A stretch of DNA of 33,172 nucleotides from Octopus sinensis (GCF_006345805.1 NW_021832103.1:1-33172); one strand, 5' to 3'. Shown: positions 1 through 11,065, counted from the first letter of the stretch. The notes: a model not told the origin generated them from the letters alone. Translations and numbers: made by a program.

Positions 1-144
1 TATTCAATGTTCTACAAAAGAAAACACAGCTGTTGCTCTCAGAGCACGTGTGACACGTTAAACTGCGTGTGTGTGGCCTTACGTTGGCTTAAATTTTTCT
101 ATACGAATATCTGTAGTCAAAACTTCAGTGAGAATTGCTGAATA

Positions 145-189
145 TGTATGTGCGTGCGTGAGAGTGTGAGTGTGTGTGTGTGTGTGCGA

Positions 190-238
<49 letters not shown>
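145..238. repeat. (TG)n microsatellite
   Basis: Direct read of the TG dinucleotide run; it explains ORF 148-345. Confidence 0.95.
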
Positions 239-241
<3 letters not shown>

Positions 242-436
242 ATAGTGGTCTTTACCAATATGAAGTAAGAGAAAACTCAACATGTAACCATATTGCATAT
301 ACGAATAATGGAGGATGGAAACTGTGTTTTATGTCAAAGCTTTGAAGGTGAACTGCATAGTAATATCCAGCTCATATTACAAATTTTGAGTATCATCGGG
401 CACAACTTACAATTTCAAATTTCACTCGACGTACCA

Positions 437-602
<166 letters not shown>

Positions 603-821
603 ACAGGTTCGGAATCAGGGTGCACAAGCGCACGCCTTAGAATTTTTGTGGAGCAATGAAAATGTTTTGAACATCCTCCTGAGAAACTTCATTGCCAAAA
701 CGAACAAGCGAAGAAATATTTTTGACCTGATATGAAACATTACTTCCCCATTATTGGATTTTTCTGATTTGATTAACGTCCAAATGTCATAAAAATTATC
801 GTTATTATACCTGTGTTAAAA

Positions 822-1219
822 GGCGGTGAGCTGGCAGAATCGTTAGCACACCGGGCGAAATGCTTAGCGGTATTTCGTCTGCCGCTACGTTCTGAGTTCA
901 AATTCCGCCGAGGTCGACTTTGTCTTTCATCCTTTCGGGGGTCGATAAATTAAGTAACAGTTACGCACTGGGATCGATATAATCGACTTAATCCGTTTGT
1001 CTGTCCTTGTTTGTCCCCTCTGTGTTTAGCCCCTTGTGGGTAGTAAAGAAATAGGTATTTCGCCCGTCGCTACGTTCTGAGTTCAAATTCCGCCGAGGCC
1101 GACTTTGCTTGTCATCCTTTCGGGGTCGATAAACTCAGTACCAGTGAAACATTTCGGTCGATTTAATCGGCTAGGCCCCTCCCCTCATATCACAGATATT
1201 GTGCCTTTTATAGAAAGGA
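822..1219 (+). mobile_element. tRNA-derived SINE, family A (two internal units)
   Basis: A-box-like TGGCAGAATCGTTAG and B-box-like GAGTTCAAATT. The body repeats from about 1054. Near-identical to copies at 8910-9308, 19553-19950 and 27658-28655. Probable TSD ttattatac(c/a)tgtgt at 802-816 and 1220-1234 (14/15). Confidence 0.92.
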
Positions 1220-1535
1220 TTATTATACATGTGTATGTTTTAATATTAAGATAGAAAAAGAAATCGACCTTGTTTGTAAAAAAAATTGAACCCGGGTTTG
1301 CACCTCCTGAAGAAGGAAGGAAGGAATTTTATATATTGAGTTAATTCCTTATAGCAATGCATGGTTTCGTAGCTCACAAATTTCCAAAATCTACGCTACC
1401 GGATTTTAATCTTATGTTATAATTCCCATCATATTTAGCAATATTATATTATGTATCTTATCATATCGTATATCAAATATCATATCATATCATACATACG
1501 TACTATATAAATATATTAACTTTTAGGAGGAAAAG

Positions 1536-1580
1536 ACTGACAGTGGTTTCGAGTTTCGGTTTGCTCATCTTCTTCAGAAT
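1536..1580 (-). ncRNA. Degenerate hammerhead-ribozyme-like motif (Penelope-like element terminus remnant)
   Basis: Minus strand: att-CTGAAGA-[agat]-GAG caaaccgaaa CTC-GAAAC cact GTC-agt. Core, stem II, stem III and a GUC triplet are present. There is a 4-nt insertion after the core and only a 3-bp stem I. Confidence 0.35.
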
Positions 1581-1675
1581 GTAAAAGTTATTAAATATAT
1601 TCTCAACTAAAAGGTATCCTTCAGTTTCATGTTAAATTGATTTTTATATATAGCTTGACACAAAAAGAAACATTA

Positions 1676-1678
<3 letters not shown>

Positions 1679-1722
<44 letters not shown>
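1679..1722. repeat. (TG)n microsatellite
   Basis: Direct read. Confidence 0.95.
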
Positions 1723-1723
<1 letters not shown>

Positions 1724-1825
1724 AAACAGCAGCGAATACAGTCTTTGTACGAATCAGATATGTATCAAACATATTTGAACTGAATCTAATGTTTTTTTCC
1801 TCACTCCGCTCCACACTGCTTTCCA

Positions 1826-1990
1826 TATATATATATATATATATCTATTCTATATATATATATATATATATCTGTGTTGTGTGTTGTGTGTGTGTATCTG
1901 TGTATATGATATATGCATATACACAGGCTCATACATACATACATACATACATATCTACATACATACATATCTACATACATACATACATAC
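1826..1990. repeat. (TA)n/(TG)n/(CATA)n compound microsatellite
   Basis: Direct read. Confidence 0.9.
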
Positions 1991-1994
1991 ATTG

Positions 1995-2327
1995 GAATTG
2001 GAGACCCCCTTCGGTCAAAAATGACCATGGGTTTACACCTAGAAAGTTACCCTCCCAGACACAAGTCCGGGCAAGGTTGTTTATGGAAGACCAGCAGTCG
2101 CCCATGCATGCCGGCCTCCCCTCTCCATGCCACCGCTGTTATCCAAGCGAAATGCAAAGGCCGATACAGCTTGGCACCAGTGATGTCGCAACTCATTTCC
2201 ACAGCTGAATGAACTGGAAATAAAGTGTCTTGCTCAAGAACACAACACGCAGCCCGGTCCGGGATTCGAACTCACGACCTCACGGTCGTAAGATCGACGC
2301 TCTAACCACTGAGCCATGCGCCTTCAC
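1995..2327 (-). mobile_element. tRNA-derived SINE, family C head with CORE-like block, tail type 1
   Basis: Minus strand begins gtgaaggcgcatggctcagtggttagagcg (A box), then gagttcgaatccc (B box), then gtgttcttgagcaagacacttta, which resembles the MIR/CORE motif CCTTGGGCAAGTCACTT. Confidence 0.88.
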
Positions 2328-2578
2328 ATACATTCATGTACATATACATACATATTTTTTAATATGGACATTCTGACTGAACGAACGTGAATCATTCCGA
2401 TTGCACGAGTCCATTTGAATGGAAGAAACGATTTGAATATTCCTATAAAAACGAGACTAAGCTCAGTTGAATTCGTGATGCTTCGGTTGTTAGATAAGTA
2501 TATTCTTCCCAAAGTTAAAATAAGATTAGATATACACTCCTTTTGTAGAGCTAGTCTATATTTTCTATATATAATAAA

Positions 2579-2818
2579 TAAATGCGCCCTTTTAAAACCT
2601 AGCCAGGCTCATGGGCCCGGTTTCCCGGTTTCAATGGCGTATGTGTTCCCAAGCCTGCCCATCGCAGCGTTACACAATTTTGCCAGTTGAGTGGACTGGA
2701 GCAACGTGCAATGAAGTGTTTTGCTCAAGAACACAACTCGTCGCCCGGTCCAGGAATCGAAACCACAATCTTGCGATCATGATGTTGACACCCTAACCAC
2801 TAAGCCACGCGCTTCCAC
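2579..2818 (-). mobile_element. tRNA-derived SINE, family C head, tail type 2
   Basis: Same head and CORE-like block as 1995-2327 (ggcttagtggttagggtg...gtttcgattcctggaccgggc...gttcttgagcaaaacacttca) but a different 3' tail. Confidence 0.85.
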
Positions 2819-2849
2819 TATATTTTCTATATAGTTTTATGCATTCCTC

Positions 2850-4200
2850 TGCTTAATTAGTTTCCAGTATAATGAGGATTAATAGATAGTGTAATTAACC
2901 TATAGGTTATTAAGCTAATTACTGTTATTCTAGGACCAAAGTGTCATTATTGATCAATTTGATAATGTGCTAATATAACGAACGATGTGTTGATAGTTTT
3001 AATCACATGACTCGTACCGTTGGCAATGGATCACCAAATCATTGAAGATATGCCTACACAGTCTGTTGACCTACATGAAATAGTGGTCAAATTTTCTACA
3101 AAACCAATTGTAGTAATAAAAAATTATTCAACCTGATCGGGTAGATTAGGTCGGATAATTAGTTATCTCGGCAGGCAAGATAATCCAGATTATAATCACG
3201 CTGGGTTAATTAATAATAAACAGAATTACGCTATAAGTTAACTGCCACTTCTAAATTACCCGTGGAAGCATGTAATTTGAATCATACGCGCAGTAATTAG
3301 ATCGAATAGTCTATAATCTATTAATTAGTTAGGGTAAATATCCGATAAGATAACATAACCAGATAAATTATTTCAGCTAATTATATGGTAGAATTATGTC
3401 ATTGCCTAATTATTCAAGGCAATTAGCCGTAATCTGAATCTTAGGTCGACTAGTGAAAACTGTTAATTATTTTCAGTAAATAGCAATAGCGAGCTGGAAT
3501 AGCGCTGCCGATGTTATGAACAGATTAAAAACAAACGGGGCCTGCAGCTATGAGATACTTTTTTTAAGCAGGCTGGCTAATAATTAACACATGATCCTAT
3601 TATACTTTCACAGACATTCCTGTTCACGAATTCCTCTTTTACCACAATCACTGCAATCAGGTTTTTCTGTGCTGTATCTACTTATCTTCACTGCTTCTGT
3701 TAAATTTAACCAATTCGTCTTTGGTGAAATTTAAGCCGTGCTAAACTATGAACTCACGTTCCTTTCTATTCAGGAAAAAAAAACAACAAAAAAAAAAACA
3801 TTCGTAGTGATGGCGATAGAGGCAGCTGTGTAGAAGGTGACGACAAATTTCTATTTTTCCAATTAACCAATTGAGAATCAAGCACGTGTAATTAAGGTGG
3901 GATTAAATAATAATCACAAATAACTTAAGGATTAAATAATTATTGAGGATTAAGTTAGTCACATAATTATAGTGTGTTTTAATCCAAGTACTTTTTGCTC
4001 ATGAGTCACGTAATTAGCTTCTGGTATAATGAGGATTAATAGATCAACTAATTAATTGATCACTAAGCTATTAGTGTAATATACCGAGAGATTATTAGGC
4101 TAATTAGTGTTATTCTCGGATTAAAGATTCGTTATTCGTATATATTGGTAATATGCCAACATGGCGACTGGTGAGTCGATAGTTCTTATCTCATAATTAC
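2850..4200. promoter_or_regulatory. Candidate homeodomain-site cluster / enhancer (K50 Otx-type plus TAATTA sites)
   Basis: 18 TAATTA and 8 GGATTA/TAATCC counted by eye, 6 of the latter in 3900-4123. Also CACGTG (3883-3888) and TGAGTCA (4002-4008). No SINE or microsatellite interrupts the island. Confidence 0.5.
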
Positions 4201-4239
4201 TACATTTGGCAACGGATCACCGGGCCATGGAAGGAATGC

Positions 4240-4465
4240 TCTTTACTCTCTTTTACTCTTTTACTTGTTTCAGTCATTTGTCTGTGGCCATGCTGGAGCA
4301 CCGCCTTCAGTCGAGCACGTCGACCTCAGGACTTATTCTTTGTAAGCCTAGTACTTATTCTATCGGTCTCTTTTGCCGAACTGCTAAGTTACGGGGACGT
4401 AAACACACCAGCATCGGTCGTCAAGTGATGCTGGGGGGGGGACAAACACAGACATACAAACATAT

Positions 4466-4516
<51 letters not shown>

Positions 4517-4675
4517 TACGACGGGCTTCTTTCAGTTTCCGTCTACCAAATCCACTCACAAGGCTTTGGTCGGCCCGAGGCTATAGTAGAAGACACTTGC
4601 CCAAGGTGCCACGCAGTGGGACTGAACCCGGAACCATGTGGTTGGTAAACAAACTACTTACCACACAGCCACTCT
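4240..4675 (-). mobile_element. tRNA-derived SINE, family B, full length
   Basis: Minus strand: gagtggctgtgtggtaag (A box), gggttcagtccc (B box), ccttgggcaagtgtctt (CORE-like), internal (TA/TG)n, and a (GAGTAAAA)n-like tail. Confidence 0.93.
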
Positions 4676-4984
4676 CTACACAGCTTCTTGAACTATTAGA
4701 AATATCAACCAAATCTCCCTTAAATGTCATCATAACTTATAAAAAAGGACCCACATTGGAATAATGTGGTCTTGGATAAACTAAATCTGAAAATACAAAC
4801 AAATCTTAGAAGGACACGATAGGATATTTTATTAAATATTTGCCCTATCAAGATTTACCAAAGATTAAACAACAGCAATAACAGTAACAACAACTGCAAC
4901 AAGACTACTACTTTTACAAATAACCCTCAAAGGTTTCTGTCCACTAATTCTTCACTGAGAACCTCTAACATCCAAAAATGCTCC

Positions 4985-5095
4985 GCTGCTTTCAGAGTAG
5001 GGTTTGGCTTAAGAGAGATTAGCACTTTAGGCTAATCAAGACCGAGCATACCTATGATCAAAGACTACACAGCTATAACAATCCTGTCTTTATAA
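4985..5095 (+). mobile_element. Fragment of unclassified interspersed repeat (family F)
   Basis: ccgagcatacctatgatcaaagac matches 10393-10425 and 15909-15940. Confidence 0.5.
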
Positions 5096-5122
5096 GGATA
5101 TCAAGAAAACAATCTAACAATC

Positions 5123-5124
<2 letters not shown>

Positions 5125-5157
<33 letters not shown>

Positions 5158-5400
5158 GTTTAACTTCCGTTTCCCGTGCTAGCACGGGTTGGACGGTTCG
5201 ACCGGGATCTAGGAAGCCAGGAGGCTGCAACAGGCTCTAGTCTGATCTGGCACTGTTTCTACAGCTGGATGCCCTTCCTAACGCCAACCACTCTGTGAGT
5301 GTAGTGGGTGCTTTTTTACGTGCCAGGGAAGGCTGGCAGCGCCCACGATCGGTTGGTGCTTTTTACGTGCCACCGGCACAGAAGCCAGTCAAGGCGGCTT
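5125..5400 (-). mobile_element. 3' end of a non-LTR retroelement (RTE-like LINE or SINE) with (TGA)n tail
   Basis: (ATC)n run at 5125-5157 followed by a GC-richer body containing ggatgcccttcctaacgcc. A related decayed tail lies at 13680-13782. The family assignment is recalled, not verified. Confidence 0.6.
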
Positions 5401-5826
5401 CTATGTGACCCGTTTTTCTTTTAAACGGCAAGGTATGATTTGAACAAGATTTAGCTTCTATTTCCGTTTCAGGTGTCCTTCCATTTTGCTAAACGATGGA
5501 CAACATCTAATACGATTTGCATCATTTTTGCTTTTAGTCTATTTGCCTTTTCTTCTCTTCTTGAGTAGTAGAAAGAGCGCTTTCTTTTTTTTTTTTTTTT
5601 TTTTTTTGGTGAAATTCTATTCTTTCTAACAAGTTTTTCCACATGTCATAGGTTGGCTGATTGGCTGTGATACAAGTTTATATGTATAAAAAGAAAAAGG
5701 CAGAAAGAAAAAAAAATTGGGGCAAACATGGTTATGTGGTTACGAAGTTTGTATCGCAACTACGAGATTCCGGTTTAGATTTCACTGTAATACACTTATG
5801 ACAACAATTTTCTACCTTCCCTCGTC

Positions 5827-5827
<1 letters not shown>

Positions 5828-5857
<30 letters not shown>

Positions 5858-5881
5858 TGTATGTATGTATGTATGTATGAA

Positions 5882-5912
<31 letters not shown>
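5828..5912. repeat. (TATG)n and (TA)n microsatellites
   Basis: Direct read. Confidence 0.95.
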
Positions 5913-5913
<1 letters not shown>

Positions 5914-6049
5914 GATGAGTGTATTTTTCCCTTGTTAACAATTAACACGAAAAAATAGATAATATATTTGCTACCAAGGTAGTAAAAAATCGCACAAGTA
6001 AATGTGTCGGAAGTAAAAGTATTTGAATTATGCCTACGTTAAACGCCAT

Positions 6050-6050
6050 T

Positions 6051-6116
<66 letters not shown>

Positions 6117-6137
6117 AAGATATATATATATATATAA
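6050..6137. repeat. (TA)n microsatellite
   Basis: Direct read. Confidence 0.95.
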
Positions 6138-6207
6138 TATTCTCGAACTGGATAGGCATATAAGAAGCCAGCCTACACTAAAATCTCTAGTGAGACTTCT
6201 TTATCAA

Positions 6208-6254
6208 TGCACATGAAGAGACCCAGACTGGTGGGTTGAAACATGTGTTGTACC
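6208..6254 (+). ncRNA. Degenerate hammerhead-ribozyme-like motif
   Basis: tgcac-aTGAAGA-G accca gactgg tgggt T-GAAAC atgt GTT-gtac. Stems II and III are plausible, C3 is replaced by A, and stem I has a mismatch. AATAAA follows. Confidence 0.4.
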
Positions 6255-6526
6255 TAATAAAAATCTAATTCGAAAACTGAAGTGTATCACAACTTCGGAT
6301 GACAACAGATAGCCCCTGCAATATACCGTTTGTCAGGGGCAAGCAGGAGTTTCTGAATGGCACACCCAACGAAAAATTCCCATGAATTTTTTTAGTAGTG
6401 CAGCCCATCTGATGTTGAGCCATGTCTCATGCGGCCCCGATTCTCGAAAAGGGTTGTTCGATGCCTTCCTAACATGATTGAGCGATGTAATAGACACAGC
6501 AATAGAACAGCGATAGATCTCCCTTA

Positions 6527-6840
6527 GTGAGGGTGCGTGGTTTAGTGGCTAGGGTAATCGGCTACCGATCGTAAGACCTTGAGTTCGATTCTCGGCGGCG
6601 CGTTGTCTCCTTGAGCAAGTCACTTAATTTCACGTTGCTCTAGTACACTCAGCTGCCAAAAATGAGTAGTAACTGTATTTCAAAAGGCCAGCCTTGTCCC
6701 AATCTGTGTCACGCTGAATCTCTCTGAGAACGAACGCGTGTCTGTGGAATGCTCAGCCACTCACACGTTAATTTCACGAGCAGGTTAATCGGTTGATCGG
6801 ATCAACTGGAACCCACGCCGTCGTAAGCGACAGACAGCCA
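6527..6840 (+). mobile_element. tRNA-derived SINE, family C head, tail type 3
   Basis: gtggtttagtggctaggg (A box), gagttcgattc (B box), tccttgagcaagtcacttaa (CORE-like). The tail matches those of 26778-27104 and 30087-30432. Confidence 0.88.
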
Positions 6841-6914
6841 GATCTTCCCCAAATCGTACAAAACCATTTTCAATTAAAAACGAACACATTTGCTAGATTA
6901 AATATAACGTGGTA

Positions 6915-7085
6915 GGCGCAGGAGTGGCTGTGTGGTAATTAGCTTGCTAACTAACCACATGGTTCCAGGTTCAGTCCCACTGCGTGGCATCTTGGGCAAG
7001 TGTCTTCTGCTATAGCCCTGGGCCGACCAATGCCTTGTGAGTGGATTTCGTAGACGGAAACTGAAAGAAGCCTGTCGTATATATG

Positions 7086-7118
<33 letters not shown>

Positions 7119-8113
7119 TTGTCCCCCTAACATTGCTTGACAAGCGATGCTGGTGTGTTTACGTCCCCGTAACTTAGCGGTTCGGCAAAAGAGACCGATA
7201 GGATAAGTACTGGGCTTACAAAGAATAAGTCTTGGGGGGTCGATTTTCTCGACTAAAATGCGGTGCTCCAGCATGGCCGCAGTCAAATGACTGAAACAAG
7301 TAAAAGAGTAAAAAGTGTAAAAGAGAGTAGCTTGCTAACCAACCACATGGTTCCTGGTTCAGTCCCACTGCGTGGCATCTTGGGCAAGTGTCTTCTGCTA
7401 TAGCCCTGGGCCGACCAATGCCTTGTGAGTGGATTTGGTAGACGGAAACTGAAAGAAGCCTGTCGTATATATGTATATATATATGTGTGTGTGTTTGTGT
7501 GTCTGTGTTTGTCCCCCTAACATTGCTTGACAAGCGATGCTGGTGTGTTTACGCCCCCGTCACTTAGCGGTTCGGCAAAAGAGACCGATAGAATAAGTAC
7601 TGGGCTTACAAAAGAATAAGTCCCGGGGTCGATTTGCTCGACTAAAGGCGGTGCTCCAGCATGGCCGCAGTCAAATGACTGAAACAAGTAAAAGAGTAAA
7701 AAGTGTAAAAGAGAGTAGCTTGCTAACCAACCACATGGTTCCTGGTTCAGTCCCACTGCGTGGCATCTTGGGCAAGCGTCTTCTGCTATAGCCCTGGGCC
7801 GACCAATGCCTTGTGAGTTGATTTGGTAGACGGAAACTGAAAGAAGCCTGTCGTATATATGTATATATATTTATGTATGTGTGTTTGTGTGTCTGTGTTT
7901 GTCCCCCTAGCATTGCTTGACAACCGATGCTGGTGTGTTTACGTCCCCGTAACTTAGCGGTTCGGCAAAAGAGACCGATAGAATAAGTACTGGGCTTATA
8001 AAAGAATAAGTCTTGGGGGGTCGATTTGCTCGACTAAAATGCGGTGCTCCAGCATGGTCGCAGTCAAATGACTGAAAACAAGTAAAAGAGTAAAAGAGAG
8101 TAAAAAAGAGAGT
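6915..8113 (+). mobile_element. Head-to-tail trimer of family B SINE (units at 6915, 7326, 7714)
   Basis: Three units of about 390-410 bp. Units 2 and 3 lack the first ~25 nt and begin at the identical junction gagtaaaaagtgtaaaagag|agtagcttgctaacc. Confidence 0.93.
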
Positions 8114-8454
8114 AAGTCTTACTCCAATCCCTAAAAAATACAGGATGCTTTTGTATATTGACGGGTCTGTTCCATGGCGACCGATTTGCAATAAGCAGCA
8201 ACTATCGCTACTGCTGTTGCTGCTGGTGTCGCATAAATTGCACCTCCTGCTGCTGTTGCTGTTGTCGCTTGGATTGCTGGTGCTTCTGCTGCTAAAGTTG
8301 TCTCTGTAGCTGCTGCTGCCTTTGGCTCGGTTCCCCCACACAAAAAAAAAAAAAAAAAAAAACACAGCGCACAATTTCGTACCCAGTGACCACAAAGATT
8401 TCCATGGCATCTGCATTCACTTAGTAATCAGTTTTTAACGTTTACATCATCTCT

Positions 8455-8870
8455 CACCACCGCTCCACCATCACCACCACCACCACCACCACCGCTACAA
8501 CCGCTTCCACCATCTTCACCACCATCATCATCATCATCATGAGTTCATAATGTCTATTGTAGAATTGTGTACTTGGCATACACACACACACACACACATA
8601 CAAACACCCACCCACACATACACACACACACACTCACATGTATATGTATACATACATCGTTTCCATATTGACGTTCTTACATACGGTTAATTGTGTCTTT
8701 AAGCATTTCAATGCATCTACCACATGCGTGAATGTGTGAGTGTTTGTGTGCGTGTGTGTCTGTATGTGTGTGTGTGTGTGTGTGTGTATGTACATATGTA
8801 TAGATATGTATACTACATGTGTGTATGTAATAAATATATAAGTAACACATACTGTGTTATACTATATTAT
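8455..8870. repeat. (CAC)n/(CAT)n, (CA)n and (TG)n/(TA)n low-complexity tract
   Basis: Direct read. Confidence 0.85.
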
Positions 8871-8909
8871 ATATACTAAGTATGCACATGTATACGTAAA
8901 ATGTTTGGG

Positions 8910-9308
8910 TTCTTTTCTACTCTAGGCACAAGGCCCGAAAAATTTGGGAAGGGAGCCAGTCGATTAAATCCACACAAGTACGTAACTGGTACTTAATTTA
9001 TCGACCACGAAAGGATGAAAGGCAAAGTCGATCTCGACGGAATTTGAACTCAGGACGCAAAGACAGACGAAATACCTATTTCTTTACTACCAACAAGGGG
9101 CTAAACACAGAGAGGACAAACAAGGACAGACAAACGGATTAAGACAATTATATCGACCCCAGTGCGTAACTGGTACTTATTTAATCGACCCCGGAAGGAT
9201 GAAAGGCAAAGTCGACCTCGGTGGAATTTGAACTTAGAACGTAGCGACAGACGAAATACCGCTAAGCATTTCACCCGGCGTGCTAACGTTTCTGCCAGCT
9301 CGCCGCCT
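8910..9308 (-). mobile_element. Family A SINE (two internal units)
   Basis: Reverse complement of the 822-1219 type; tail gggccttgtgcctagagtagaaaagaa. Confidence 0.92.
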
Positions 9309-9462
9309 TTGAGCTAGGCTAGAACTAAGCAAGCCGAAACTTCGAAGTCACTGTCAGCACTTCATGTAAAAAAAAAAAAACCGTTCTCTACAAAATGTAT
9401 TGAGTCTTCTTTCTTTCATTTTAATGTAAAATCATTATTATTTTATTACCAGACTTAAAAAC

Positions 9463-9663
9463 TGTATATATATATATATATATATATATTAATATATATA
9501 ATATATATATGTGTGTATGTGTATATATATATTTATACATGTATATATATATAATATATATATATATATTATATATAAATATATATATATTAATATATAT
9601 AAAAAATATATAAATACATATATATATAAAACACACACACATATATATTTCTATATATATCTC

Positions 9664-9716
<53 letters not shown>

Positions 9717-9871
9717 ATCTATCTGTCTGTCTATCTGTCTATCTATCTGTCTATATGTAGGCATGTATGTATACATATTTGTTCATATATACCTATCAGT
9801 GAGCAGGGAGTAGACAGGAGAGAGAGAGAGAGAGAGAGAGAGGAGCGAGAGCGAGAAAGAGAGAGAGAGAG

Positions 9872-9933
<62 letters not shown>
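9463..9933. repeat. Compound (TA)n-(TATC)n-(GA)n microsatellite
   Basis: Direct read. Confidence 0.93.
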
Positions 9934-9938
<5 letters not shown>

Positions 9939-10374
9939 GTAAAGATCTGGTGGATCGCCTCTGGCCTATAAATCAATCCATGACGGTATAATTATCTGTA
10001 ATAAAACTATTCCAATTTATATTTATTAATGAATCTTTGTGACTTCACACTTTTCTTTTCTCTCTTTCTCTCTGTTTCGACTTCTCTATATTTATCTCTC
10101 TCTCTGTTTCGTCTTTTCTCTTCCTCTCTCTTCTCTCTCTCACTCTCTCTTTCCTTTGCTGTATTTCCTCTACTACTTCTACACTGTCACTGGAATTATT
10201 GTTTATCTTTCTTTTTTCTTGGTAATTCATCCCTTTTAGAAGTTAAATAAATTATTACATATTTTTTCTAGGCTGAGGTATTTAATCGCAGCATTAGGCA
10301 AAGAGTAACACATTTACTCGCATTGTCCTAGTCACCCTCGTGTAGAAATAAAGGTTACCACGATGCCACTGACG

Positions 10375-10560
10375 TTGTTTAGACCCAGTTTAGCCCTGAT
10401 CGAGCAGACATAATAATCAAAGACATTTCAGCCGTGCCCATCCCATTTTATCGACTGTATCTAGGCCTATATATCTACTTCTAAGAATGTACAGTATGCT
10501 TTAAGAGAGATTTGGCTAAAATTTTCAGCAGATCGATCGACAGTATAGAAAACTACTTCG
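10375..10560 (+). mobile_element. Unclassified interspersed repeat (family F)
   Basis: gccctgatcgagcag...atcaaag is shared exactly with 15909-15923; gagagatttggct block is present. A more decayed copy follows at about 10590-10715. Confidence 0.55.
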
Positions 10561-10999
10561 TTGGTCTGTGTTGTTGACGGTGACTTTGTTCAGCTCTGAT
10601 CATGTAGGGCTTATGACTAAAAATGTAATCAGCCATGTTTAGCCCGTATTCTATTCACATGTAGTATATTTAGTTCAGTCTTATCCAATGTGTAACTCCA
10701 ATTTTATAGGCTCCCAAGTCACACTGTTTTGGGATCTTGAATTTTTTTTTTGCTATGTTTATCTGGTCTTTTATTTTAATAAAAAATGTATCCAGGAATG
10801 CATTAACAATGGTAGAGTTCTGGTAAGATAGAATACTTGGCAAAATAGTTTGCCCGCCAAAATGGCGGCTACTCTGATAAAATACGTACTCCATGTGATT
10901 GTATATAGTCTAACACGTGTAAAGATGGAACCAAACGGTAGAACAAAGATAAGCTGCTCGCGTTAGGTGACGTCCATTTTAGTATAGAGTGGGAATGAA

Positions 11000-11065
11000 T
11001 ATACATGTGTATGTCTGTGTGTGAGCGTATGTGTGTGTGTGTGTGTGTGTGTACATGTATGTATG

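Noticed and set aside
246-264. 19-nt micro-exon (ttatag|...|gtaaga)
   Set aside because: The acceptor sits on a TG microsatellite; such short matches are expected by chance.
2240-2327. tRNA genes at SINE heads (also 6527-6600, 27030-27104 and 822-900)
   Set aside because: A and B boxes are present, but each continues into a SINE body and lacks a complete acceptor stem.
7907-8416. Ser-rich and Ala/Thr-rich ORFs (7907-8416, 8131-8343)
   Set aside because: They arise from a degenerate CTG/TTG tract plus poly(A) and SINE sequence; no splice or homology support.
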